Counted from the first letter of the stretch, positions 9,279 to 17,609 are shown. The stretch is DNA of 64,000 nucleotides from Gemmatimonadota bacterium (GCA_039585235.1 JBDGWG010000022.1:780-64779); one strand, 5' to 3'. Made by a program: numbers and translations. Notes: generated from the letters alone by a model not told the origin.

Positions 9279-10349
9279 CTACTCCGCGTCCGACTCCGCC
9301 AGATACCTTCGACACTCGATCTCTTCGAGCGTCCGTGATGCGTCCGTCTGGATGACGAAGTCGCCCCACTCGCCCTGCGGGGCGGGTTCGAACGTGTGGA
9401 TGTCCTCCACCGGTTGCAGCACCACGATCATCCGGCTCGTGCCCGGGCGGTATGCCTCCAGATGCTCGGGCGTGCCCGTGCCACGCTCGACGTGAAACCC
9501 GCCGACCACGTGCAGGACGAGGCCGTCGGGCTCCTGCTCCAGGTGCTCCGAGATCCAGTAGGCCATGGTGGCATCCCACAGTACCTGGCTGTCCAGCTGG
9601 TTGCCCATGTTGCCATGCGAGCCGACGGGCGCGCGTGCTTTGATCGCCTCCTCGCCTTCCTCGGGCTCGGGAATCGGCAGGCCGCACTTCTTCCCCTCTT
9701 CCTCCATCACCTCCGAGATGATTTGGATCCACTGATTCCGGTAGGCCTCGGACGGTTGGCCGTAGGGCAGGGGAGCGAGGCTCGCCAGGGCCTTGGGCCC
9801 CAGCTCGTTCAGCGACTCGCGCCCGTTTATGGTCACCCGGGTCGCGTACCGGCGCGGGGCGTTTGCCGCGATCACGGTCAGACCGTTCTCCTTCGAGAAT
9901 TCGATCAACGGCCGGTAGTCGATGTCGTACCGGGGCCACGGCCGACTATCGCTGAGGAAGTATTTCTCGGTGATCAGGTCGGCCAGGTACTCGTCTAGGA
10001 TCGGCTGGGTGTCGCTCTGGAAGAACTCGAGCGACAGAGTCACCATCCGTGGCGTGTCGTCGTTGGAGTCCGAGGCTCCGTACGCCTCGTATGCCCGCTC
10101 GAGCAACTCAGCCTCGAGCATGTGACCGGTCGGGTCATCGTGAGCCTCGCCGACGAAGACGACCTGGTAGTCGCCCATGGCGGCCACGACGTCGTCGATT
10201 GAGGAGGGCTCTCCGGCTCCCGTGAACACGCGGTATTTGCCCGCCACGTAGGCGGTGTCCACGACTCCCGGAGATGAGTCCTGGGCGCGGGCCGGAAGGG
10301 CGATCATCAGAACGAGCGGCAAGGCCGCGAGAATCATCTTGGAGTTCAT
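9279..10349 (-). CDS. ChaN-family (Tiki/haem-binding uptake-like) periplasmic protein
   Basis: Signal peptide MILAALPLVLMIALPARA. It has a VVFVGEAHDDPTGH motif, and its length and overall pattern are typical of ChaN/DUF399. Confidence 0.65.
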   Translation of the reverse strand: MNSKMILAALPLVLMIALPARAQDSSPGVVDTAYVAGKYRVFTGAGEPSSIDDVVAAMGDYQVVFVGEAHDDPTGHMLEAELLERAYEAYGASDSNDDTPRMVTLSLEFFQSDTQPILDEYLADLITEKYFLSDSRPWPRYDIDYRPLIEFSKENGLTVIAANAPRRYATRVTINGRESLNELGPKALASLAPLPYGQPSEAYRNQWIQIISEVMEEEGKKCGLPIPEPEEGEEAIKARAPVGSHGNMGNQLDSQVLWDATMAYWISEHLEQEPDGLVLHVVGGFHVERGTGTPEHLEAYRPGTSRMIVVLQPVEDIHTFEPAPQGEWGDFVIQTDASRTLEEIECRRYLAESDAE

Positions 10350-10391
10350 GCGCGGATGATATCACCGGGATCCGCGCATGGGGAGCGGCGC

Positions 10392-12191
10392 TTAGGGTCG
10401 ATCGCACCCGGAGACGTCAAAGTCCGCCTCCACATCCTGGACCTCTCGCGTCACCAATCCGTCAAAGTAGGCCAAGCCTTCGGAGCGCTCTGATGGATTC
10501 CGAGCGATTTCCTCACTGAATGCGGTCCATCCTTCGTCTACCTCGGCGTACATCTCTCGGAGAGGAGCGCACGCCAGACGCCCCGCGGCAAACATCTTCG
10601 CGACCGTGCGGTATCGCCCCGCTGCTGCTCGCACGTCGCGTCCAAGCAGCGCGATCGGGTCGCTCGCCTCGGACTCCTCGAGCGCCGGGGTCGGCGCTCG
10701 CGCCGGCATGATGAATCCAGCCACCGTCGCGGTCAGGTCCACTTGTGCGGTCGTCGAATTTCCCTGTCGTAGCGGCCAAGCACCGAAGACGATGGCTGCG
10801 ACGGCCGCTGCCGCCACGACGCAATCCACGGCGGCTTCAAGCCCCCGCCGCCTCTCGCGATTCACTCTGTGACGCCGTGACGCCGCAGAGAAGACTGCTG
10901 CCGCGACTTTCGGCTCGGCTTCGACCGCGGGCTCGGGATCGGCCACGGTCTCCGGCTCCGGTTCCAGTGCCGCCACAGGGTCTGCCGGGACCGGGGACCG
11001 ATGCTCCGGCGCCGAAAGGAGCTCGAAATTGAGCTCCGAGACAGGGGCGTGATAGACTACCGACACCGGCCGCGGGGCCTCGATCTCAACCTCTTCGTTC
11101 GGCTCATCCGCCGGTTCTGCTTCGTGGTCCCAGGACTCCTGGTCCTCGACTTCAAAAACCTGCTCTGCCGAATCCGAAACAGTTGAGTAGGCAGCTGTGG
11201 GCTCGGGTTCGACCGGTTCTTCCGCTGGGATTTCGGCCTCGGCGATCACGGGCGCGGCGATCACGGGCTCGGGTTCGGCCGGTTCTTCCACCGGGGTTTC
11301 AGCCTCGGCAGTCACGGGCTCGGGTTCGACCGGTTCTTCCACCGGGGTTTCGGCCTCGGCGATCAAGGGCTCGGGTGTCGACGCTGCCTCCTCGACGACT
11401 TCCTCGACGGACTCCGCTCCAGATCTGTCTCCCACGGCTGCCGGTTCGGGCGCCTCGCGAGGCACTTCGGGACGCAGCAGCGGTTCGACGAGGACCTGCG
11501 TTTCGGTCTCGACGTTCTGCCAGTCGATCCGAGTCCGGCGCACTCCCCGGGCCATCAGTGAGGCCACTCGCGCCAGCTCATAGAATGGGAGGGGACTATG
11601 GGCTGTGACTCCGTACGTCCGGGGCTGGAAACACCCGCCGGCCGGATGTTCGGGATCGGTTATGAACAGGAATGCGACCTGCCAGGGCTCGCCGAAGTGC
11701 TCCCGATAGGTTGCCTGATCATCCTCTGAGAGTCGAGCGGGGCCGTCGCGGTGACGGTGGTACCAGCCCGCGAGCACACCGTCGTGCCTGTCCTCCTGGA
11801 GATCGAGAGCCCGAGCGGCTTCCACGGATATCTGCTCGGATTCGTTCTCGTATAGCGGGAACGCGGATGCGACGGCTCGCGTGATGACTACGTATCGCGT
11901 CTGAGACTCCCTGTCCTCGCACAGGTCGCCAAACAGGTAGCCGAAGGGCTCGTCGGTCTTACTGGCACCCCATACGTGCTGGTACATGGTTTCCAGAGCT
12001 CGCTGCTCTACGAATACTTCGTAGGCGCCAGTCGGCGCGTTCCGGCGTGTGTCACCGATGGGAGTCCACGGGATGCTGCGGCCCAACGGCCGCGGCGCCC
12101 AGACGTGATAGGCTCCTGCCCGGCGCCGGTCGTCGTCGTTCGGGGGCCACGACGGCCTCCATTTCATCCCGGTCCTGATCCCTTCCTCCAT
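10392..12191 (-). CDS. JAMM/MPN+ metalloprotease-domain protein with an acidic Pro/Glu repeat linker, a single TM helix and an uncharacterised C-terminal ectodomain
   Basis: An upstream Glu (EPFGYLFG) plus GWYHRHRDGPARLSEDD gives the H-x-H-x7-S-x2-D motif. The TM segment is AAVDCVVAAAAVAAIVFGAW. The C-terminal roughly 90 aa are homologous to the C-terminus of 26572-27303. Confidence 0.75.
   Translation of the reverse strand: MEEGIRTGMKWRPSWPPNDDDRRRAGAYHVWAPRPLGRSIPWTPIGDTRRNAPTGAYEVFVEQRALETMYQHVWGASKTDEPFGYLFGDLCEDRESQTRYVVITRAVASAFPLYENESEQISVEAARALDLQEDRHDGVLAGWYHRHRDGPARLSEDDQATYREHFGEPWQVAFLFITDPEHPAGGCFQPRTYGVTAHSPLPFYELARVASLMARGVRRTRIDWQNVETETQVLVEPLLRPEVPREAPEPAAVGDRSGAESVEEVVEEAASTPEPLIAEAETPVEEPVEPEPVTAEAETPVEEPAEPEPVIAAPVIAEAEIPAEEPVEPEPTAAYSTVSDSAEQVFEVEDQESWDHEAEPADEPNEEVEIEAPRPVSVVYHAPVSELNFELLSAPEHRSPVPADPVAALEPEPETVADPEPAVEAEPKVAAAVFSAASRRHRVNRERRRGLEAAVDCVVAAAAVAAIVFGAWPLRQGNSTTAQVDLTATVAGFIMPARAPTPALEESEASDPIALLGRDVRAAAGRYRTVAKMFAAGRLACAPLREMYAEVDEGWTAFSEEIARNPSERSEGLAYFDGLVTREVQDVEADFDVSGCDRP
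11199..11376. repeat. 51-bp tandem repeat (3 full copies, one 15-bp insert and a partial 4th copy) inside the JAMM-protein gene
   Basis: Copies lie at 11199-11249, 11265-11315 and 11316-11366, and are near-identical (GGGCTCGGGTTCGACCGGTTCTTCCACCGGGGTTTCGGCCTCGGCGATCAC). They encode AEAETPVEEP(V/A)EPEPV(T/I) units on the minus strand. Confidence 0.9.
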
Positions 12192-12341
12192 GGCCTCCCT
12201 CTGCGCATCACCGCGCGTGAAAGACAGGGTACCGACCTTCCGCCGCTCGCCATCCGGCCCGCGGACAAGAACTCAAAAGATGGGTGTTCTCGGCAGAATC
12301 TGCAAGCGATGGAGTGTTGTAAGAATGCAACAGTCAACGCT

Positions 12342-12719
12342 TTACGGCTCCTCCGGCGCTGGCTTCTTGCGCGCCCGCTTCACCTCCGAGCGCTTGCGCT
12401 TCTCCTCCAGCCGCTTCCGCTTTTCTCGGGCCGGCGTCTTCGTGGGAACGCGCGGCCGTTCCTCCCGACCCGCCTCCGCGAGCGCAGCCCGCAGGCGAGC
12501 CAGAGCGATCACGCGGTTCCGGTGCTGACTCCGCGATTCCCGAGCGGTCACGGTGATTCCCGTCGGCAGGTGCGTCAGGCGAACGCCCGATTCTGTCTTG
12601 TTCTGGTGCTGCCCGCCCGGGCCGCCAGACCGGAAGGTCTCGACGCGGCACTCCACGATGAGAGTGTTGTCGTCCTCCGGGATCTGGTATTCGTCCGGGA
12701 TCTCAGGGTCGGGTGTCAT
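12342..12719 (-). CDS. arfB: Alternative ribosome-rescue factor ArfB (peptidyl-tRNA hydrolase, RF-1 domain)
   Basis: GGQ motif [24 protein letters not shown], followed by a Lys/Arg-rich C-terminal tail. Length is 125 aa. Confidence 0.85.
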   Translation of the reverse strand: MTPDPEIPDEYQIPEDDNTLIVECRVETFRSGGPGGQHQNKTESGVRLTHLPTGITVTARESRSQHRNRVIALARLRAALAEAGREERPRVPTKTPAREKRKRLEEKRKRSEVKRARKKPAPEEP

Positions 12720-12824
12720 ACGTTAGAATAGATTCTCGCGGCGCCGTCAGAAAGTGCCGCAGGCCGGCTCTCCCGTACAACTGGACGATCGTCCAATACC
12801 CCTTGCCAAAACGCGAGATACATA

Positions 12825-12846
12825 TTCAGGAAGATATCTTCCTGAA
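12825..12846. promoter_or_regulatory. Perfect 22-bp palindrome, candidate operator, in the divergent arfB / 13007 intergenic region
   Basis: TTCAGGAAGATATCTTCCTGAA sits in a 287-bp region that is AT-richer than its surroundings. Confidence 0.4.
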
Positions 12847-13006
12847 GCTGTCTATTGCGTTTCGAGCCTTCGCCATACTTCTCAATCCGCGTCGATTTGA
12901 GTACGGTGGGGCCGGAACGTGGGAGGCATTCCAACATCAGGCCGAGGCTGCAGGGCTTCTGTCAGGCGAGATTTTTCGGCCGACCCATCTACTCAGGAGG
13001 TTTTGA

Positions 13007-13783
13007 ATGAACGTACGACGTTTCACTGCTGCTCTTGCCTGCGCCTTGGTGTTGCCGGCGAGCGTCCCCCAATCCGCGGTCGCGCAGGACGAGGACCCCA
13101 CGCCGATCATCTACGGCACCTATTTCCAGTGCGAGCCGGGCTCGAGCGCTCGGGCGAGCGAGATCATCCGTGACAGCTGGGGCCCGATCGCGCAGTCGCG
13201 TATCGATTCGGGAGCCCTGACGGCCTGGGGCTCGCTTACGCACCACACCGGTGGCGAATGGGATCGCGTGGTCTACCACGTGGCGCTGGACCGGGCGCAG
13301 CTCTTCACGGTGCTCGATGAGATGGGCGCCGAGTGGCAGCAGAGCGACCCCGATGCTGCGACCGAGTTCTCGGAAGCGTGCGACGAGCACGAAGACTACG
13401 TGTGGACGTACGTGCATGGATCCGCGCCGGCGGAAGAGGTCGCGCAGGAGCGTGCCACGGCCGGCATGTCGGTCTACTGGGTATGCGACGAGGGCAGGGG
13501 TGCGCTGGCCGACCTGCTGTCCGAGCAGGTATTTGCCGAGGCCTGGAACGAGCAGGTCGAGTCCGGCCTGATCAACTCGTGGTCCTGGTTCGCCCACTTC
13601 CTCGGTGACAAGTACCGGCGGCTATTGGTGGCTGACGCGGCAAGCCACGAGGACCTGATGACGGCGCGCGACAACGTGATCGAGTGGGCCGGAGATAACG
13701 CGCCGGCACTCGCAGGCGAGTTCTCCAACGTGTGCAACGGTCACGTCGATTATCTTTGGAACATCGAGTTGGCCGCGCCGTAA
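13007..13783 (+). CDS. Secreted hypothetical protein made of two homologous ~100-aa Cys-pair repeats
   Basis: AGGAGG lies 6 nt upstream of the ATG. The signal peptide is ALACALVLPASVPQSAVA. The two halves share Y..C(E/D).G ... W ... EFS..C..H.DY.W. Confidence 0.7.
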   Translation: MNVRRFTAALACALVLPASVPQSAVAQDEDPTPIIYGTYFQCEPGSSARASEIIRDSWGPIAQSRIDSGALTAWGSLTHHTGGEWDRVVYHVALDRAQLFTVLDEMGAEWQQSDPDAATEFSEACDEHEDYVWTYVHGSAPAEEVAQERATAGMSVYWVCDEGRGALADLLSEQVFAEAWNEQVESGLINSWSWFAHFLGDKYRRLLVADAASHEDLMTARDNVIEWAGDNAPALAGEFSNVCNGHVDYLWNIELAAP

Positions 13784-13835
13784 GCGGCGTGGCTCGGGCG
13801 GGCTGATTCCGTCCTGCGATGTAACCAACTCGAAG

Positions 13836-13874
13836 GGCGACCGCGGCGCAGGCTGCGGTCGCCTCTTCTTTTCT
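13836..13874 (+). terminator. Rho-independent terminator after 13007-13783
   Basis: A 9-bp stem GGCGACCGC/GCGGTCGCC is followed by TCTTCTTTTCT. Confidence 0.7.
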
Positions 13875-13959
13875 GCTCCACGGCAAGCGCCCGCCTCGCT
13901 CGACAGTCCAGTGTAGGCGGGCCTTCCGCATTCGGGCCCGAGCGGCGCATACTGAAGTC

Positions 13960-14436
13960 ATGAATAGTACTCGGTCAGGCACTCGCCGGATCATTGTGCT
14001 CGGCCTCGCTGCCTACGTCGCTTGGCTCGCATTCGGCTACCGGTATCACTTTCTCGACGGCGTGAACCTCCTCATCCACGAGGCGGGACACGTCGTGTTC
14101 GGGCCCCTGGGGCAAACGATGGCCGTAGCCGGCGGCACGATTCTCCAGCTCTTGGTTCCTCTCGCCTTCGCCTTCTATTTCTGGCGGCGGAGCCGGCGAT
14201 TCGAGGCCGCGGTATGCGGCGTATGGGCGTCCGAGAGCCTCATGTACACGGCCCGTTACCTGGGGGACGCGCGGATTCAGGACCTGCCTTTGATCGGCGG
14301 GCACATCCATGACTGGGACTACCTGCTCGGGCAGGCCGGCCTGCTCGAAAGGGCAGAAGGCCTCGGCGTCGGCCTGCACATGGTAGCCAGCCTCGCGGCG
14401 ATTGCCTTTGTCTGGCTGGCGTGGAAAGAGGCGTGA
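13960..14436 (+). CDS. Small polytopic membrane protein with an HExxH motif, a putative metallopeptidase-like protein
   Basis: LLIHEAGHVVFGP lies adjacent to TM helices, and about four hydrophobic segments are present. The family was not recognised. Confidence 0.55.
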   Translation: MNSTRSGTRRIIVLGLAAYVAWLAFGYRYHFLDGVNLLIHEAGHVVFGPLGQTMAVAGGTILQLLVPLAFAFYFWRRSRRFEAAVCGVWASESLMYTARYLGDARIQDLPLIGGHIHDWDYLLGQAGLLERAEGLGVGLHMVASLAAIAFVWLAWKEA

Positions 14437-14493
14437 CGCGCCAGCGACGAACTGACACGACCGACGGGCTCACCCGATGACGGAGCTTATACG

Positions 14494-15576
14494 ATGAAGA
14501 TCGGCGTTCTAGGCGCTGGCGCCGGCGGCACGGCCGTCGCCTTCGACTGGTCGGCGCACGGCCACGAAGTGCACCTGTTCGATTTCGAGCGGTTCCCCGA
14601 CAACGTGCGCCACATAGCTACTTCGGGGCGGATCGAGGCCGAGGGTGACATGGAGGGGTCCGCCCCGATCGCCTACGCCGGCCACGAGATTGAGACCGTG
14701 ATGAGCGGGGCAGATATCGTGTTCGTAGTCGGTCCGGCGTTTGCCACGCGGCCGTTCGCTGCTGCGTGTGCACCGTTTCTCAGGGCGGGGCAGGAGGTCG
14801 TCGTGTGCCCCGGGTCCACCGGCGGGGCCCTCGCCTTCAAGCACGAGGCCGACCTCGGTGTGGCCTCGGACGAGATCCGTGTGTCCGAGACATCCACGCT
14901 CCCGTACGCCGTGCGCCTCACGGAGCCGGGCCACATCCGGGTCTTCCTCAAGCTGACTGGCGGTTTCCTCCTGGCGACGCTTCCGGCGCGCCACACGGAG
15001 CGCACGCTCGAGCTGCTCCAGGAGGTATACCCGGGCCTCGAACCCGCGCGGAACGTACTCCAGACGACGCTACAGAACGCCAACTCCGTCATCCACCCGG
15101 TCGTGACGCTTCTCAACGCCGCTCTGCTCGAGCGCACGGGCGGTGACTTCCTGTTCTACGAGGAGGGAGTCACGCCGGCGGTCGGCCGGCTGATCGAAGC
15201 CGTGGACCGGGAGCGCATCGCGCTCGGCGAGGCGCTTGGCATCGAGGTGGTGCCCGATCCGGAGCTCAGCCTCAGGCAGGGCTACATGACGGAGGCCTCA
15301 TACGAAGACGGGTACCGGACGGCGCCCGGCTTTCTGGGGATCAAGGCCCAGGCGAGCCTCGATCATCGCTATCTCAACGAGGACGTGGGCTACGGGCTCG
15401 TGTTCCTCGCCTCCCTCGGCGTGCAGCTCGGCGTCGCGACCCCGATCATGGATTCGGTAATCGCCCTCACGTCCCGTCTCATGAACCGGGCTTACACCGC
15501 CGATGCGCCCCGGACTCCCGCATCACTTGGCATCGCGGGGCTGAATCCACGGGAGCTGGAGGATCTCGTGTCCTGA
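14494..15576 (+). CDS. NAD(P)-dependent opine (octopine/nopaline) dehydrogenase-family protein
   Basis: N-terminal Rossmann motif MKIGVLGAGAGGTAVAF. Length and overall pattern fit the opine dehydrogenase family. Confidence 0.7.
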   Translation: MKIGVLGAGAGGTAVAFDWSAHGHEVHLFDFERFPDNVRHIATSGRIEAEGDMEGSAPIAYAGHEIETVMSGADIVFVVGPAFATRPFAAACAPFLRAGQEVVVCPGSTGGALAFKHEADLGVASDEIRVSETSTLPYAVRLTEPGHIRVFLKLTGGFLLATLPARHTERTLELLQEVYPGLEPARNVLQTTLQNANSVIHPVVTLLNAALLERTGGDFLFYEEGVTPAVGRLIEAVDRERIALGEALGIEVVPDPELSLRQGYMTEASYEDGYRTAPGFLGIKAQASLDHRYLNEDVGYGLVFLASLGVQLGVATPIMDSVIALTSRLMNRAYTADAPRTPASLGIAGLNPRELEDLVS

Positions 15577-15704
15577 TCTCACTCACCAAGCGTCAACACA
15601 TGTCGCCCGGAGGCCGCAAGAGTTTCCGGGACGTTGTGTCGGTGCCACAGGTGACCGGCCCTCCAAGTCCATGCATACTATGGATGTATCTTCGACGCGC
15701 GTCT

Positions 15705-15720
15705 TGGACCGGTTCTTGCT
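15705..15720 (+). promoter_or_regulatory. Sigma54-like -24/-12 element upstream of 15791
   Basis: TGGACC-N5-TTGCT has GG-N10-GC spacing and lies about 70 nt upstream of the start codon. The -24 half is imperfect. Confidence 0.3.
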
Positions 15721-15790
15721 TCGTTTTTGGGGTTGAATCCGAACCTCGAATCGGTTCGCAACCGCGCTCGATACACGCCATGGGAGCGGA

Positions 15791-16678
15791 ATGATGCTCA
15801 AGAAGATGCTGGTGGGGCTGCTGACAGTCGCTGCGCTCACCTCCTGCGACTCGACCGATCCAGCGGGAACGACGCGTCTCAGTGTCCTCCTCACGGACGC
15901 CGAGGGGGATGTCACACAGGCGGTGGTGAAGATCGACCGGCTCGAGCTGGTGGGCGGGTCCGGTGGGCCGCTGGTTCTCGAGGGCAGCGGCTGGATGGGC
16001 GACCTGACCCTCCTGACGGACGGCTTCGTGGACCTGGTCGAGGATGCCGTGATTCCTCAAGGGAGCTACGCGCAGCTCCGGCTGGTCGTCTCCGAGGCCT
16101 GCATCGGAGTCTACACGGGTGAGGAATTGCCCGACGACGTGTACGTGTCGGCCGGCGCGCTCGACGTCGCGTGCGAGGGAACAGAGGTTGGAGAGCTCCA
16201 CATGCCGAGCTTTTCCGAGACCGGGATTAAGGTCATCTTCCAGGGTCCGATCCAGGTGGTGGGAGATCAGAAGATCCTCATGCTCGACTTCGATGTGGCC
16301 GAGAGCTTCGGCAAGGAAACGGGAGACCCGGAGCGCTGGGTGATGAATCCCACGATCCACGGCATCGAGATCGAGTTCTCCTCATCCGTCAACCTGACGG
16401 TCGAGCTGGCCGATGGCGTCAGCCTCGAGGGAAGGACGTTCGAGGAGTTCATGGCGAGCCTCGGCTCCGAGTCAAAGTCGCTGGCCACAGACGGCGAGGT
16501 CGGTCGCGCGAGCTTCCTGTGGGTGATCCCGGGCGACTACGATCTCGGCCTGACTCAGCCGGCGGACTATGACATGACGACGAAGCCAACCGTACCGATC
16601 GTCGGCCTGACCGTTGATCCAGGCGATTCCGAGAACGTCACGATCATCATCGACAGCTTCGAGGCTGTAAGTCCGTAG
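15791..16678 (+). CDS. DUF4382-like lipoprotein
   Basis: Lipobox LTSC. The pattern LSVLLTDAEGDVTQAVVKIDRLELVG is typical of DUF4382. Confidence 0.6.
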   Translation: MMLKKMLVGLLTVAALTSCDSTDPAGTTRLSVLLTDAEGDVTQAVVKIDRLELVGGSGGPLVLEGSGWMGDLTLLTDGFVDLVEDAVIPQGSYAQLRLVVSEACIGVYTGEELPDDVYVSAGALDVACEGTEVGELHMPSFSETGIKVIFQGPIQVVGDQKILMLDFDVAESFGKETGDPERWVMNPTIHGIEIEFSSSVNLTVELADGVSLEGRTFEEFMASLGSESKSLATDGEVGRASFLWVIPGDYDLGLTQPADYDMTTKPTVPIVGLTVDPGDSENVTIIIDSFEAVSP

Positions 16679-16703
16679 CTCTGCATCAGCCGAGCGAGAC
16701 TCG

Positions 16704-16735
16704 AAAGAGGGGCGATCTTCGGATCGCCCCTCTTT
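16704..16735. terminator. Bidirectional rho-independent terminator between convergent genes
   Basis: AAAGAGGGGCGATC-TTCG-GATCGCCCCTCTTT is a 14-bp perfect stem with a tetraloop, flanked by A/T runs on both sides. Confidence 0.75.
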
Positions 16736-16761
16736 CTGTGCCCGGACGCGGCCTCCAGCGG

Positions 16762-17487
16762 CTAGCGTCGGCGTCCGATCGGCATAAGAGCGTAGGCTTG
16801 CTCTTCTCCAGGCAGCGTCAGCACTTCGTTCACCTCGTCGTCCACGAAGGCACCGACGAGTACGGTCGCCAGTCCCAGTGATTCGCATTGCAGGAAGACG
16901 TTCTGCGCCGCCGCTCCCGCCTCGATGAGTACGTACTGCTCGGCCCGCTCCCCGTACTTGGTGGCTGTGCGGGCAACGACACCGGCGATGACGAGCACGG
17001 CGGGCGGTGTGCGGATCACGCTCTGGCTGTGCGCGGCCTGGCTCAGAGAGGCCCGAAGGTCCCCGGAAACCGTGAGCGCCAGGCCATGCTCCAGCGGCCT
17101 GTAGCGATAGACCGCTGGCTCCAACCCGTCCACGTGGCCCACGACCACGTAGAGTTTCAGCGGATACAGGGCCCCGGCAGACGGGGCCGTGCGCAGGCCG
17201 CCGCTCCACGGCCAGCTGAAGCCATCCGGGGTCTCTTCGACCGGGTGCGTGATGCCCTGGGCCGACCACAGGACCTGCGACAACTCGGCCAGCGACAGTG
17301 CCTCCGGTCCGTACGAGCGGATCGAACGCCGCCCGGCGAGGGCCTCCTCGACGGACACCGATCCCTTGAGTCGAGCCTCCGGAAGTCGAATCAGATCCGG
17401 CTCTTGCTGCGTCGGCTGCGCCTGACCGTCGCAGGCGAGAAACAGGAGCCCGGCGAGGAGGGCGATGGCGGACGGGCGAGGCGACAT
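16762..17487 (-). CDS. SagB/ThcOx-type nitroreductase-fold dehydrogenase with a lipoprotein signal peptide
   Basis: Motifs RRSIRSYGPEALSLAELSQVLWSAQGIT, RTAPSAGALYPLKLYVV and EAGAAAQNVFLQCESLGLATVLVGAF. The N-terminus is LLAGLLFLAC. Confidence 0.75.
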   Translation of the reverse strand: MSPRPSAIALLAGLLFLACDGQAQPTQQEPDLIRLPEARLKGSVSVEEALAGRRSIRSYGPEALSLAELSQVLWSAQGITHPVEETPDGFSWPWSGGLRTAPSAGALYPLKLYVVVGHVDGLEPAVYRYRPLEHGLALTVSGDLRASLSQAAHSQSVIRTPPAVLVIAGVVARTATKYGERAEQYVLIEAGAAAQNVFLQCESLGLATVLVGAFVDDEVNEVLTLPGEEQAYALMPIGRRR

Positions 17488-17534
17488 GGTGGATCTCCGT
17501 TGGCCCAGCGTGACACGGTGCGATTACATTGTAT

Positions 17535-17558
17535 ACTACTATTATTCATACTAGTAGT
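17535..17558. promoter_or_regulatory. Inverted repeat in an AT-rich divergent promoter region
   Basis: ACTACTA-N10-TAGTAGT lies between the divergent starts at 17487 (-) and 17610 (+). Confidence 0.3.
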
Positions 17559-17609
17559 GCAGTAGCTTGAATCCCCCCACGCGGTCCGTTCCACTTGAAG
17601 GGAGGCTCT

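Noticed and set aside
11199-11376. The tandem repeats here and at 63498-63601, considered as a possible CRISPR array
   Set aside because: The units are directly adjacent with no spacers. One set is in-frame coding sequence. There are no cas genes in the window.
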